Source: Octopus sinensis (taxonomy: Eukaryota). From it: a stretch of DNA of 64,000 nt. Position numbers and translations under genes: made by a program. This document shows, one piece after another, positions 13,200-27,640 of the stretch (position 1 is the stretch's first letter; the number at the start of each line of letters is the position of its first letter). The notes under the pieces were generated by a model. That model did not search any database. It was not told the origin of the DNA and saw only the letters and a program-made list of their open reading frames with translations. Location of the stretch: positions 57,598,001-57,662,000 of the forward strand of contig NC_043009.1 of the NCBI RefSeq assembly GCF_006345805.1, given 5' to 3'.

Positions 13200-13470
13200 G
13201 TGAGGTATCTGCACACCCAGTAGGACCAAAATCACGACCTATCAAAAGACGGATGAGCTCCTTGCAAGCCAATGACCATCCAGTTGGAGAAGTCAATGGC
13301 AAACAGCTCGAATATATCTCTGCCGTGAAAATAGCATGAGAGGGTCAGAATGGAGTAACGCTCTGGTTCCATCCGATGGGAGGAACCGCACTTAATCAAG
13401 GAGAGTTTCGCTGCTGTGTCATCAACGAGCTCTAAAATCGCACGATGACGACGACGAAGGCTTCAGCGAC
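13200..13470 (+). mobile_element. Possible RTE-like LINE 3' remnant
   Basis: Decayed '..A..A..R..W..' type ending followed by a (GAC)n-like tail; weak. Confidence 0.3.
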
Positions 13471-13544
13471 GACGACTATAGTGTCTTTTACTAAACCCTC
13501 GGGCCGTCCCAGCTTCGCGAGTGGATTTGGTGGAAGGCAACAGA

Positions 13545-13790
13545 AAATATAAAATATATCTGACTTTGTGTTTGTGTTTGTGTCTTACTGCCGTTTCACA
13601 ACCGGGGTGTTGGTTTGTTTTTGTCGCCATGAAGTTGTGATTCAGTAAAAGAGACAGACAGGATATGTACAAAATGTAAAAAAGAAAAAAAATATATTAG
13701 GTAAGTATTGTGAATCGATGTGTTCGACTAAACCCTTCAAGGCGGTGACTCAGCATCGCCGCAGTTCAATGTCTTGAACAAGCAAAAGAA
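13545..13790 (+). mobile_element. SINE family B, 3' half
   Basis: CGACTAAACCCTTCAAGGCGGTGACTCAGCATCGCCGCAG 3' module. Confidence 0.75.
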
Positions 13791-14259
13791 AAATAAAACA
13801 AAGATAGTATAGTACGGAGAGGCTTCGTATAGTGAAGGGAAGTGTAGTGTAATATAACATTGTGTAGTGTCACGTGGATTGATGTGGGATTGACGTGGGG
13901 AAGTGTAAGAATTTTATTGTTCTTCAAAAATTTTATTACTCTTCAATGCCGTGATCATCAAAATTCTGTGTTTATCTGGAGCGTGGAGGGAATCACACCA
14001 ACACAACAAAGAACGAGGTTTTGAATTTCAGTGGATGAAAAGAGGGGAAGAGAAGAAGGGAGAAGATGGATAGAAAAGGGGAAGATGTGGGGTGAATGAG
14101 AGTCAAGGACGGAATAAAGCATTTCGTGTCAACCGATATAGTAGGAATTTGTGTAACAAACAGAGAAGAGTTGAGGCACGGAAAGGAACAGGGCGGCAAA
14201 TACAAATAAATTATTTAATTAAATTGTTGAATTCATTGATAATATTAATGATGTTATTT

Positions 14260-14304
14260 TTCTTAATAATAATAACAATAATAATAATAATAATAATAAT
14301 AATA

Positions 14305-14357
<53 letters not shown>

Positions 14358-14451
14358 TATTATTATTATTATTATTATATTATTATTATTATTATTATTA
14401 TAATTATTATTATTATTATTATTATTATCATTATTATTATTATTATTATTG

Positions 14452-14483
<32 letters not shown>

Positions 14484-14511
14484 GTTATTATTGTCATTAT
14501 TATTATTATTA

Positions 14512-14544
<33 letters not shown>

Positions 14545-14545
14545 G
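14260..14545. repeat. (AAT)n/(ATT)n inverted microsatellite tract
   Basis: Direct reading. Confidence 0.95.
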
Positions 14546-14741
14546 CTGTTGTTGTTGTTGTAGTAATTGTGATGGTGTTGGAAGAAGAGGAAAGAGAAAA
14601 AGAATGATGTCTTTATTGGGCACACAAGACGATAACTGTTTCAGCCAAAACATGCCGTACAAAAACATGGGTTACAAACGTGTAGGACTGTAGACATACA
14701 ATCAAGTACCCCCCCCCCACACACACACACATATGTATATA

Positions 14742-15120
14742 TTCTTTTATTTGTTTCAGTCATTTGCCTGCGGCCGTGCTGGAGCACCGCCTTTAGTCGA
14801 ACAAATCGACTCCAGGACTTATTTTTTTGAATGCCTAGAACTTATTCTATTGGTCTCTTTTGCCGAACCGCTAAGTTACGGGGACGTAAACACCCCAGCA
14901 TCGGTTATCAAGCGATGTTGGGGGGACAAACACAGGCACACAAACATACACACAGACATACATATATATACGACTGGCTTCTTTTAGATTCCGTCTATCA
15001 AATTCACTCACAAGGCTTTGGTCGGCCCGAGGCTATAGTAGAAGACACTTGCCCAAGGTGCCACGCAGAGGGACTGAACCCGGAACTATGTGGCTGGTAA
15101 GCAAGCTACTTACCACACAG

Positions 15121-15122
<2 letters not shown>
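14742..15122 (-). mobile_element. SINE family B, near full length
   Basis: Head, central microsatellite and 3' module all present. Confidence 0.9.
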
Positions 15123-15173
<51 letters not shown>

Positions 15174-16294
15174 GCATATATTCATATACAACTGTGCGGG
15201 AATGAGGGAATATCTTAACACAATATGGAAAATATGTGAGATTCAAAGAACTGATCCAATCCAACTGTGTCTTTCTAAATTCAGAAGTGAATATAATGCA
15301 GTTCAGTGCGAACCGCGAATTCCCCACCATATTCTCTGCATGAGCGTTCAAATAACTATTCAAAGATTATTGATATGGCTTCACCAACAATTATAAGTTG
15401 GATATTTTGAGTTCACTCTATACCCCTTTCTCAATCACCACAATATTGTCTGTTCCTTTGTAGTATCTTCAATAATTCTATTTAGCTTTCCTCGCTATAA
15501 CTTATGATAACTGTGAGATTCAAACATGACTGAAAAACAATTTATTTCTTATGGGAAATTTTCAGCACTCAACTACTCTATAGAATCAATTCGTACCTCG
15601 TAACTCCGTCTTTCTCTTTTTGCTCTTACCGATGGTTTTTCATTTTTCCTCAAGTTTTATTTTCCCAAATATGTTTGAACTGCTGTGTAGCTCCTCTGAT
15701 CCCGTTTATGTGCTGGGCAGATGGTAGAATCCTCTTTTCTTTGTACCCGCTTTTCTTCGTCCGCCAGTTCCAGGACCGGAAGATAAGTCAATGACATGAG
15801 TTCCTTTTCTTATTCCGACTATCCTCTGAGCAATGTCCGCTAGTGATACGGTAACAGTTGTCATTTTTCGCCTTTGTGCTTTAATATTCTTTTTAAGTCT
15901 TCCCTTCTGTACAAAATTCTCGCAAGAACTCCATCCTAGCAATGCAACAACTGGATTTTTTTTTTTGCCAACTGGGCCACTGCACCATCAGTCTGACTCC
16001 TTTTTACTCCTGAAATGCCGAGGAATTTACATCCGCTTCAGTGCTCGTATTTCTATGATTTCTATACTGCAGCATCAGCTTGTGTTCAAGTACGGAAGCA
16101 CCAGCTCTTCTTGTTTCCTCGCCTGATTCCCAATCTTAAAGGTGAAACACACATTCGCATTTACTCTGCTCAATATGATATGCATTTGCTATATCGAAGA
16201 AGTATACATCTTGTCACGCATAAGCCAAAGACACGACATAAGCCCTCTTCGAAAGTATGTAGAAAAAATTTACTTTGTTTTAAAACAAACTGAC

Positions 16295-16459
16295 ATAGGC
16301 GCAGGATTGGCTGTGTGGTAACAAGCTTGTTTACCAACCACATGGTTTCGGATTCAGTCTTTCTGCGTGGCACTTTGGGCAAGTGTCTTCAACTTTAGCC
16401 TCGGGCCGACCTAAGCCTTGTGAGAGGATTTGGTAGATGGAAACTGAAAGAAGCCCGTC

Positions 16460-16530
<71 letters not shown>

Positions 16531-16745
16531 GTGTGTGTGTGTGTGTGTGTGTATGTTTGTATGGCTGTGTTTGTCCCCCAATATTGCTTGACAACCGATG
16601 CTGGTGTAACTTAGTGGTTCGGCAAAAGAGACCGATAGAATAAATAGTAGGCTTACAAGGAATAATTCCTGGAGGTCAATTTGCTCGACTAAAGGCGGTG
16701 CTCCAGCATGGCCGCCGTCAAATGACTGAAACAACTAAAAGAGTA
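16295..16745 (+). mobile_element. SINE family B, full length
   Basis: TAGGCGCAGGATTGGCTGTGTGGTAA head through GACTGAAACAACTAAAAGAG end. Confidence 0.92.
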
Positions 16746-17411
16746 AAGAGTATATGTCACTATTTCTTTGTCGATTTACAAGGAAAATTTTCAAGCAAGG
16801 AGGTACTTCTTTTTGCAACGTAACCCATCAAGAAATATATTTTCCTTTCCAGTAAACTGTATCACGTATAATTCTTCCCTGTGGCCCCTAACTTTTGTAA
16901 AAGAATACTGATTATCATTTGTGCCGTTCATTTTACTCGTTTAAATTAACGTTTCAACTTTGTTTCATCTCCCTTTCTACCGTATAAGAGAACTGCTTGT
17001 ATTTGCTTCACGATTCCATCAATTACTATGTCATCTTTATTTCTATAAGCGTAACCGTGGATTTTTTAAAAATACAAAAATTCTGAAGTGTAATTTAGTA
17101 TTTTTGTGTCATTGAGACTATTTCAACGACTGTGACAACTGCTCTCTAATACCATTGATGTAGCCATTTTGAAACATGAACAACGCTGCAAATGGCTGCT
17201 TGCCAGAAGTACGCTCACACATTAAAAAGAATCAATGTCAAAGACGATCCTTTATTCCCCCACGGAATGTGATGGAGCCCTAATAATTCCAAAAGCCTTT
17301 TGTTATCAGTTTTCCAATTCAAATGGGAAATAAACAAATTTTTTTCCATTAAAGTAATCCTGGAAGGATTCCATCCTCACAGGGGGATCTATGAACGCGT
17401 GTGTTCATGGC

Positions 17412-17460
<49 letters not shown>

Positions 17461-17512
17461 TGTAGTAGTGGCGATGAAGATGTTGATGATAATGATGATG
17501 AGGATAATAATA

Positions 17513-17548
<36 letters not shown>

Positions 17549-17580
17549 TAATAATAATAATAATAATAACAATAATGATT
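17412..17580. repeat. (AGT)n/(AAT)n microsatellites
   Basis: Direct reading. Confidence 0.95.
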
Positions 17581-17619
17581 TGTGATTTATGCACAAGACA
17601 GCAATTTTCGAGTGGGGCA

Positions 17620-17820
17620 ATTCGATATCATCAACGTCAATATTTGACTCCTACTTAATTCTATCGATCCCCGAAAGGATGAAAGGCAAATGTGACCTCG
17701 GCAGATTTGAACTCAGGGCGTAAGAGCCGGAACAAATAACGCAAGACGTTTTTTTTTCCCCGATACTCTAACGATTGTGCTAGCTTGCTGCCTTGAATAA
17801 TAATAACAATAATAATAATA

Positions 17821-17891
<71 letters not shown>

Positions 17892-18115
17892 GTTTCAATT
17901 TTGCAATAAGGCCAAGCAAATTTAGGAGGAGGAGTAAACCGTTCACATTGATCCTGTTGCGCAACTGTTACTTCTTTCATCGATCCTACAAAAAGAAAAT
18001 GAATGAAAAGGAAAGCTGACCTTAGCAGGAATTGAACTCAGAACATAAAGAGCCGGGACAAATACAGCACGCCTTATTTTTCCGATACTGTAATGATACT
18101 GCCAACTCGTCACCT
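17620..18115 (-). mobile_element. Two SINE family A copies separated by (AAT)n
   Basis: Cores at ~17650-17720 and ~17970-18050. Confidence 0.75.
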
Positions 18116-18530
18116 TTAACAGTAATCATAACAAAAACAAAAACAACAGCAACAATAATAATAATAATAACAACAACAACAACAACAAAAATAATAATAA
18201 TAATAATAATAATAATATAATAATAATAATAATATAATAATAATAATGATAATAATAATAACAATAATATGTGGGAGAGCATCATAGCCGTGTGTTGAAA
18301 GGAATTCTTAGAGGTTTGGATAATTCACCTTTGGAAACATGGGTGTTTTGTTCAACATCCTTAAACAACCCTTATTCAGGGACCTTTTGAGCAGGATGGG
18401 CTACTTGACCAGAAGAAAATTCTAACTGGGCCCTACCTGCAAGGTCATGCATGAAAAAGTGATAAGTGCAGAATTTGTGGACAAAATGGTGAAACAGTAT
18501 GATATATTACACATATGGTTGTGGTGCATG

Positions 18531-18695
18531 CACTAGCGTAACTAGAGTGTGTGCCGCCTGGGGCAGCCCTTGATTTTGCCTCCCCCGGACACCACAAAAA
18601 TCATATATTACCTACAGTGGACCCAAAAGTGGTGCCCTTCTAAAAGTGCAGCCCGGGCCGGACCGCCCTTATTGCCTATCCCAGCTATGCTAGTG
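18531..18695. mobile_element. hAT-type MITE
   Basis: TIRs CACTAGCGTAACTAG / CCAGCTATGCTAGTG; imperfect 8-bp TSD GGTGCATG / TGTGTATG. Confidence 0.7.
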
Positions 18696-19289
18696 TGTGT
18701 ATGTGCCTGGTGTACCCTTATCAAACGGGTTGTAACGATAGGTATATTGGGATTCGTATATTTGTACCCCAGCGTCACTTTGATGGCATGCGTTGCTCTT
18801 TCATATAATGATGATGATGATGATGATGATGATGATAATGGTGATGACGATGATGATGATGTTGATGGGGAGAATGATTATATTAATAATAATAGTTACT
18901 AACGGCAACTACTAAAACAACATCTACATTATCATCAGCTGTCTGCTACGAAAATAATATCCAATAACGACGTTAAAAAATAAATAGCGTAACAAATCGT
19001 AAAAAATGACGACAAAAATGTTGTTGAAGAATAATTGTATACGTAATACTTGTAAAATTTATCGAGCATTGCTTTATATGATAATAAATGAAACTACGAG
19101 TGTTCATTATTGTCGGTAATGTGATAACACGTGTAAACAAACCATCGGAGCACGGTTTAGAGCCACACCAGGCCGATTCCGCCGTTCCAGCTACAAAAAA
19201 AAATACAAAAAAAACATATAAACCACACTAATAAAACCGCATCATTCTGCACATCATCATCATCGTCATTATCATCATCATCATCATGG

Positions 19290-19375
19290 TCGTCATCATC
19301 TTCATCAGCAGTAGTAGTAGTACTAAGAGTAGTAGTAGCGGCAGCAGCAGTAATAGTAGCAATATAAGCAGCAGC

Positions 19376-19408
<33 letters not shown>

Positions 19409-19605
19409 TTAAGCGGCAGCAGCAGTAGTAGTAGTAATAGTAGTAGTTGTAGTAGTAATAGTAGTATAAGCAGCAGCAGCAGCAGTAGTAGTAGTAATAG
19501 TAGTAGTTGTAGTAGTAGTAGTATAAGCAGCAGAAGTAGTAGTAGTAGTAGCAGCAGCAGTAGTATAGTAGTAGTAGTAATAGTAGTTGTAATAGTAGTA
19601 GTAGT
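19290..19605. repeat. (AGT/AGC)n compound microsatellite
   Basis: Direct reading. Confidence 0.95.
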
Positions 19606-19950
19606 AAGGCGGTGTGCTGGTAGAATCGTTAGCATGCCGGGCCGGTCAAAATGCTTTCGCCCGTTTTACGTTCTGAGTTCAACTTAACGCTGAGGTTGAC
19701 TTTACAGTTCATCCTTTCGAGATCGATAAACGAAGTGTCAGTGAAGCACTGGTGTCGATGTAGTCGACTAGTCCCCCTCCCGCGAAATTTCAAGCCTTGT
19801 TCCTATAGAAGAAAGGTTTATTATCATTAATATTCTGGCAGCGAGCTCGCAGAATCGTTAGCACGCCGGACGAAACGTATAGTAGTATTTCATCCGTTTT
19901 TACGTTCTGAGTTCAAATCCCACCGAGTTTGACTTTACTCTTCATCGGAA
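19605..19950 (+). mobile_element. SINE family A, full copy plus a second truncated copy
   Basis: Heads at ~19605 and ~19835. Confidence 0.85.
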
Positions 19951-20104
19951 CTAAATGCCGCAGGGCATTTTACCTTCTTTCCAATGTTTCTACGTTTCTC
20001 GTATTAATCCACTGCCTTCAAATCAAGTCTAAGGACAATAGGGGAATGAGTTCTTCGAATATATAATACATATGATAATTAGTAGGGAAAATAATAAAAT
20101 AAAT

Positions 20105-20350
20105 AAATGCGCCCTTTTAAAGCCTAGCCAGGCTCATGGGCCCGGTTTCCTGGTTTCAATGGCGTATGTGCTCCCCAGCTGGACGGGATGCCAGTCCATC
20201 TCAGCGTTACTCATTTTGCCAGCTGAGTGGACTGCAGCAACGTGAAATGAAGTGATTTGCTCAAGAACACAATGCGTCGTCCGGTCCAGGAATCGAAACC
20301 ACAATCTTACGATCATGATGCTGACACCCTAACCACTAAGCCACGTGGTT
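20105..20350 (-). mobile_element. tRNA-derived SINE family C (V-SINE-like core)
   Basis: Minus strand tRNA head, CTTGAGCAAATCACTTCATTTCACGTTGCTGCAGTCCACTCAGCTG and ATGGACTGGCATCCCGTCCAG. Confidence 0.8.
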
Positions 20351-20784
20351 CCACAGTAGGGAAAATGGAAACTGCAAAATTTGAAATGGCCAGAAATGAA
20401 TAAATTGATTTTCATCCAATATGCGCGGTCGTTATGCGTCAATCTCGCAAATAAAGCCAAAGATAGATGAATGGACGTGAGAGGAATTGTTTTTCTACAT
20501 ACACATTTTACAGCCGACACACTGTCTCCTTGAAAGAAAACCACAATAAACTCGCATAGAAATTAAAGATGGGTTTTAAACGTAACGTTAAAGTTTTATG
20601 TCAAATACTGAACCTCAACAAAATAGTTAACTTAAGGAGATATACTTTGAAAATCAAAACCATTTGAAATCTAAATAGAAGAACTTAAAAGAAATATTGG
20701 TTTCGACTTTTGGTACAAGACTAACAGTTTTGGGAACAGGAAGCAAGTCAATTACATTGTAGTGGTTATAGACTTTAGCAGCAT

Positions 20785-21258
20785 AAGGCGGCGAGCTGGC
20801 AGAAATGTTAGCACGTCAGGCGAAATGCTTAGCAGTATTTCGTCTGCCGCTACGTTCTGAGATCAAATTCCGCCGAGGTCGACTTTGCCTTTCATCCTAT
20901 CGGGGTCGATAAAATAAGTACCAGTTCCGCACTGGAGTCGATGTAATTGACTTAATCCGTTTGTCTGTCCTTGTTTGTCCTCTCTATGTTTAGCCCCTTG
21001 TGGGCAATAAAGAAATAAGAATTTAAGGCGGCGAGCTGGCGGAAACGTTAGCACGCCGGGCGAAATGCTTTGCGGTATTTCGTCTACCGTTACGTTCTGA
21101 GTTCAAATTCCGCCGAGGTCGACTTTGCCTTTCATTCTTTTGGGGTCGATTAAATAAGTACCAGTTACGCACTGGAATCGATATAATCGACTTTATCCGT
21201 TTGTCTGTTATTGGTTGTCCCCTCTATGTTTAGCCCCTTGTGGGTAATAAAGAAACAA
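20785..21258 (+). mobile_element. Two head-to-tail long-tailed SINE-A copies
   Basis: Each ends in ...TGTCC..TTTAGCCCCTTGTGGG.AATAAAGAAA. Confidence 0.9.
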
Positions 21259-21379
21259 ATATCATTAATCACGTGTCCGGGACACTAATGATTCCGCCAC
21301 CTCGTCATCTTATTTATAAGGAATGTTGCTTAGGTACGACAGGGGTACGTGCGCTCATATGGCGTATAAGCGACTGAAT

Positions 21380-21560
21380 GGGAAATCGGTCACAGAGTTT
21401 ACTTCCAAGCTATTGCTAAAACTCATTTACAGTTGGGTGGACAGAAGCAGTGTGAAATTAAAGTGTTTTTCTCAAGACCACATCGCATCGCCCGATTCGA
21501 AAGTCGAAACTACAATCTTAAGATCATGAGTGCAACACTCTAATCACTAAGCCACGAATC
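21380..21560 (-). mobile_element. SINE family C-related fragment
   Basis: GTGAAATTAAGTGTTTTTCTCAAGAC...ACTAAGCCAC. Confidence 0.6.
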
Positions 21561-22359
21561 TTCACAAAGAAATATTATATAACGAAAGCAGAAGGAACAC
21601 GAATCGATGAACAGAAGGAAAAAGAACGTTGGGATCATAAATCAAATTTTTTTTAAATACATGAAAAGCAAAGCAAATACCGAAAGAAGAAATCCAAATA
21701 CTTACTGAATACAACAAAACCGGGAAGAGAAAATGTATATTAAAATATAAGCGAAATCGAATTGGAGTAAAATTTACAAATAACAGTTTTAAAGGGAGAT
21801 ATCATGAACATGGCAATTTTAAAGTTGGAATATTTCCAGTATTATAAGTATTATAATATCCTATGAAATAAGGAGAGGACTTTCAAGTATAAAACTCGGA
21901 AGAGGAGACAGCAATAATGGGAAAAAAATCCTGACCATCAGAGGCTTGTAAAGCGAGGCACGTACATCAATATCACAAGGTTAAGCGAAATAATAAATGG
22001 AACAACCATGGTAATTACAAAGGAAATTGGATTACTCCCTCGTTTCTATTCGTATACGAATATGAAAACTCAAACAACTTGGAAGACAGATCTACAAAGA
22101 AAAGTGAAAATAGGTTTCTCGGTTCTTGATTGAATCAGAAGCGAAATAACAAGTAATAAATAGGGAGAGACAAATGCTATAGAAATATAATAAAGACGAA
22201 GTTTCCGAATTCAAAAATTACCTGAAACAAGAGAAACTAGCTAAATTGCAAAGAATCTGTGGGTACAAAAAATGATAACGACTCGTGAAACAGATCAGCC
22301 AGACTTCTAAAACTGATTTTATCCAAAACTAACAAAAACAACAATTCAAGGGTGTATAC

Positions 22360-23086
22360 CAGTGGTTCTCAATCATTATTTACCTATGGATCCCTTTAAT
22401 CCCTCTTTTACTCGCTTGGACCTTCATAGCCGTTTGATGTTTAAAAAAATCCTCTTGTATTTTTTATCTATTATATAAAATCCGTTCTGTCTGTGTCTGT
22501 ATATGTGTGTGTATGTGTATGTGTGTGTGTGTCTTCTAGGATCTTGGGCATCCTCCATCCGATTGCACTCAAATTTGATATGTATATACTGACGATATAT
22601 AAGTCTTGAAAAAATTACAAAAATCGATTCCAAAATTACAAAATTCGATTAAAAGAACGTTTCTTTCTTGCCATGTTAAACCATGTTCGTGTTCTCCCAG
22701 TCAACAGCCTTATCATTACTGGTACTTTAAACTCTTCGCTTGCATATTTGTGTGAATAAAATCGTTTTTCTTTGGAATATAAAAAAAGTCTATCTTTATT
22801 TCTTCTTTTGCTGGTGTCTCAAATTTAGGTTAAATCAGTGTTTCTCAAAGGGGAGGCCAATGGGACGGTCGGATAAGTTGTTTTGAGAAAATTTGGTTTA
22901 AATGTTTAACAACTCAGCACCGTCCATTGGACGAGGGGCGTTTTGCTCGTAATTATATATTATTAGAAATAGAATAAAATATTGTTAACATATTTTGCAT
23001 AGTGTAGACGTATAAAGCAATTTATTGCACATGAGTTTTAACAACAAAATCCGTAGGGTCATATGGACCCCGGTCGAGAACCAATG
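22360..23086. mobile_element. hAT (Charlie-like) MITE
   Basis: TIRs CAGTGGTTCTCAATC / GGTCGAGAACCAATG with subterminal GGATCCC/GGACCCC motifs; TSD decayed. Confidence 0.6.
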
Positions 23087-23656
23087 AGGTATGCAAAGCA
23101 TCGAGAATCGAAACAATAACGTAGTTATACATTCTTAATACATTCTGGTAATTCGCACCTGAATATCGGATCCTTGTTCATTTTCAAGAGCGGTGAAGGC
23201 CTTCTCTACTAGCGCAATGATTGTTCGTAGCACACGTTATTCCCTGGCTCATCGTTGTGAGGAAACATCGAGAAACGGCAGTGCTTCAGTCTCGTTCTGT
23301 GTCTCATCAATCGAAGCTAACCCACAATGGAACAGATGAAACTCTCTGGAGCCCATTCAGTACGTCCACGCATTTCGAAGCTTCCGGACTTCACAGCGTG
23401 AAACCACGAAATTTTCGAGATGTTCCTCTAGGATTTTGCGCATGTTCTAAAATTTTGCGTCATTTAAGTGCGCAAGATTTTCAGTATTATTGCAGCTTTC
23501 CAACCATGACCAGTTGTCGATTTTAAGGAACCAGAAAATTTTATTTAGAATACTATCAATAAAAGCATTCCAACCTTAAACATCCCGTACACATACACAC
23601 AATGTATGTATATATATATGTGTGTGTGTGTGTCTGTGTCTGTGTATATATGTATA

Positions 23657-23700
<44 letters not shown>

Positions 23701-24279
23701 ATATATATATATGCATACATACAGGCATGCATGCATATATACATACATACATTCATACATACATACATGCCCCCACACACACAACCACAAGTTTAATCGC
23801 GTGGATAGAGTGTTGGACACACGATCCTAGGGTCATGGTTTCGATTCCTTGACCAAGCAGCGCGCTGTATCGTTAAGCAAATTACTCCACCTCACATTAC
23901 ACGAATCTATTCAGCTGAAAAAGAAATACTATCCAAGTATACTGATGCCATCCACTCTTGTCATCTCCCCGAGGTTCCGCCGGGGATTCGGAGAGGTTTT
24001 CTATGTCCCCTCACCCACCAGCACCACGTACCTACATGAAGTTAGTGAAAGCTTGGTATAAACTATCGGGTCAAACTCGCTCGCGAGTGACGGCTACTTA
24101 CTTCTATGTACACACTGTATTGTCTACACATTTGTGTCCGTTTCAATGAACAGCCTCATTAATTAAATTATCCAGTTAATTAAATTATCCAGAATGAGAA
24201 AATATTTTCCACAAATCAATGGCGATATCAATATGACAATGTATTGATACGTATATGTATGTATTATGTATCGATGTAT

Positions 24280-24905
24280 GATCTAATGTAGTGTTAGTGA
24301 CGGTAGTGGTGGCGGCGGTGGCGGTGGTGGTGGTGGTCGACGGTTGGGGAGGGAGGGCGGTGGTCGACGGTGGTGGACGGTGGTGTCGGTGATGGTGGAT
24401 GTGGTTTCAGTAGGGGTAATGATAGTTTGGTAGTACGACCGTGTTCTGGTGGCAGTAGGAGGATGCGGCATTCGTAGTGGTGGTGGTGGTGCTGCTGGTG
24501 GTGGTGCGGCTGGTGGTGGTGGTGCCGATGAGTATGCTGCTGAAGAAACTTGCTGCTGCTGATGATGATGATGATTATTGTGATAACGATGGTATTGATG
24601 CTACCATTAGTAGTGTTGGTGCTAGTATTGGCCGTGGTGATGGTGGTGGTGGTGGTGGAGGGGACTTTGTAGTTGTGGTTGTGGTGGAGTCAGTGATCGT
24701 GGTAGATGTGATAATGTTGATGGTGGTGGAGATGATAATGGTTGTGGTGGCAGTGAGGATTGTCGTGGTGGTGTCGGTAGGGACAGTGGTGAGAGTGATG
24801 CAGTGAATCATTATCCTGCTGTTGTTAGAGATGATTGCGTCGTTGCTGACAATGGTATTAATGGTGTCGACGATAATGGAGTTAGTAAAGGTGGTTAGAT
24901 TCGTA
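24280..24905. repeat. Degenerate GGT/GAT triplet block
   Basis: Direct reading. Confidence 0.85.
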
Positions 24906-25504
24906 AACAATCATGTAACTTGTTATTGAAGATGTTTTTTTTTAACTTTTAATTTCGGTCTCTGGATAACTTCCAAATATGATAATCGACCAGAAAGAAG
25001 TAGGAAAATTTTAAAACTGATAACTTACATAAACACACAATCTAAAATTTAAGGAAAGGGAACAGTCTATTACATCTTTCTACCCTAGTATTTTGTTGGT
25101 ACTTTATTCGATTCCGGTCGGATGAAAAGCAGAGTTGATCCTGGAAGGATTTGAACTCAGAACATCAAGTGCCGCAGTCACAACGCTCTTACGATTATGC
25201 CGAACTGAAGGATACGTTGTCTATTCTTTATTATTTCTCTAAGGCTAAAAGAAGTCTCAAGGGGTGGAAACGTTTTATTTTTCGAAAATACTTGAAGAGG
25301 GATTTTAGAAAATATGCAAGGTACGAAATTTGGAGTAAAAATTTTGGATCTTTACCTTTTGACTGGCAGATTTAAATAATAAATGTTTGTAACTAAGCAC
25401 TTTCAAACTTCGGACACTGGTAGAATGTGTCATATAAAACATCTTTTACTATTAGCGTTTTTGAGAAAAGCTTATAATTAGGAAATTATTTCACGATAAA
25501 GTTG

Positions 25505-25690
25505 TAGTATTTCGGTATACGTTCTGAGTTCAAATTCCACCGAGGACGACTTTGCCTTTCATCCTTTCGGGGTCGATTAAATAAGTACCAGTTACGCACT
25601 GGGTTCGATATAATCGACTTAACCTGTTTGTCTGTCCTTGTTTGTCCCCTCTGTGTTTAGCCCTTTGTGGGTAGTAAAGAAATAGGTAAT
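25505..25690 (+). mobile_element. 5'-truncated long-tailed SINE-A
   Basis: Starts at GTATTTC and ends AAGAAATAG followed by GTAATTTC. Confidence 0.85.
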
Positions 25691-26619
25691 TTCAACCAAT
25701 CAATGACTTGTATTCAGCTGAATAAAATTACTGATCGGTCCGGGACTGTAATAGAATGGACTCGCCCTGGGTACTGCGCAGTGGAACTGAACCTGAAACC
25801 AAATGGTTCTAAATCGAGTTACTTAACCACACAACCTTACCTACACCAGAGATGTTCAACAGCTTTTACAAACTTTCATTTTGTAAACCACGTTGAAATA
25901 TTATTCTCAAATTACTCTCAATTACTTAATCAAAAATTTACTCTCAAATCACTTGATCAAACCAAAATCATTTCATTAGATTTTCCCTAGAACCCTGTTT
26001 AATATTAAATTCATTCATATACAACGAAAAATCTGTGGAAAGCAATTTTACTGGGCGAAGCAAAATCATGAAATTGAGGAAATTTATATTCCATGTTTAA
26101 ACATTTATGGGAAAATTTTACGAGGTAATTCATATTCCATCGTAAAGTAGTCTGAATTTATTAAAACATTCAACAAACATCTTAAGTAGTTGGCCAAAAC
26201 TCAACATCGTATATTCGTAGACCATTATATATTGAGTCACTTTTATTTAAAAGTAAATTAAATTCTCCTTTATGCATAAATTAAATTTCCCTTTATACAA
26301 AGCCCTGATAGCTATCAAAATTTTTAATCTTTGCTATAACTCTTATCTCATTCTCGACTTCATTAAAATTTGCATTTTCTCACATTACTTCTTGGTATCT
26401 AATACGATGTAAAGAAACAAGAGGCTCAAGAACTTCTGTGATAATGAGTTTTAAAAATCGATATTTAGCGCTATCATTTTAGGAGCACAATTGATAAAGT
26501 TGTTTGCTGAAACACTTCAAGACGGTTACTTATCTCCTGCTGTGTTAGGGCGACAATCACTTGTAACCAAAGCTATTTTTAATAAATTTGTTTGTATTTC
26601 ATAAAACATGTTCTTTTGT

Positions 26620-26750
26620 ACTCAAGGCACATGCCCGAAATTTTGGGGAGGGGGCCAGTCGATTAGATCTACCCCAGTGCGCAACTGGTACTTAATTTAT
26701 CGACCCCGAAAGGATCAAAGGCAAAGACGACCTCGGCAGAATTTGAACTC
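26620..26750 (-). mobile_element. SINE family A, 3' part
   Basis: Core and 3' end. Confidence 0.8.
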
Positions 26751-26903
26751 AATTTAATAAAACATGTTGATAACACATTTAATTATGTATTTTCGTGGTG
26801 CTCATAGCATCACGAAAATACATAAGCAATGGGTAAATACATAGCAATGGGTAAATTCTCAACCCATTGATGAATAGAATCTCCGTGAAAATATCATACA
26901 GTA

Positions 26904-27142
26904 CAGTAATCCCTCGAGTATCGCGTGTTACGTTCCAAAAACCCGGCGATGGGTGAAAATCCATGAAGTAGAAACAGTACTGTACTGCATATTATTTTTA
27001 TTCTTTTTTAAAAATAATTTGTACATATTTCTTTTATTATAAAATGCAAAACAACACCATAGATTAATCGACAAAAGCTTAAATAATAAACCACAATAGG
27101 TGAACCGCGAGAAGTGAACCGCGATATGGGGAATGATTACTG
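26904..27142. mobile_element. Tigger/pogo-type MITE
   Basis: TIRs CAGTAATCCCTCGAGTATCGCG / CGCGATATGGGGAATGATTACTG flanked by TA. Confidence 0.75.
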
Positions 27143-27317
27143 TAATGGGTAATCAAGCTGATGACGTAATAACATTAGTTTCAAGACAAATAGGAAAATA
27201 AGTCACAAGAATTTGAATGCTCTTGAATTTAATTTTCTTATAGAATATATCTATAACTATTCATTCGTAACTCCATTTATAAACAGTATTTTTGCTTATT
27301 TCTGATTAATTCATAAC

Positions 27318-27640
27318 CATATGACACTCCGTCGGTTACGACGTCGAGGGTTCCAGTTGACCCGATCAACAGAACAACCTACTCGTGAAATTAATCTGCA
27401 AGTGGTTGAGCACTCCACAGACACATGTACCCTTATCGTAATTCTCAGAGTAATTCAGCGTGACACAGAGTGTGACATGGCTGGACCTTTGAAATACAGG
27501 TGCTACTCATTTTTGCCAGCTGAGTGATCTGGAGCAACGTGAAATAAAGTGTCTTGCTCAAAGACACAATGTGTCGCTGGGAATTGAATTCACGATCTTA
27601 CGATTGTCAGCGGAGTACCCTAACCACTGAGCCATGCGCT
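27318..27640 (-). mobile_element. SINE family C variant with a different 3' tail
   Basis: Same V-like core as 20105-20350; tail ends ...GTAACCGACGGAGTGTCA. Confidence 0.75.

Noticed and set aside
15230-15520. Possible LINE RT fragment on the minus strand
   Set aside because: Only faint resemblance to RT motifs; needs an HMM search.
23100-23530. Possible Tc1-like N-terminal remnant on the minus strand
   Set aside because: Similarity is too weak to support by eye.
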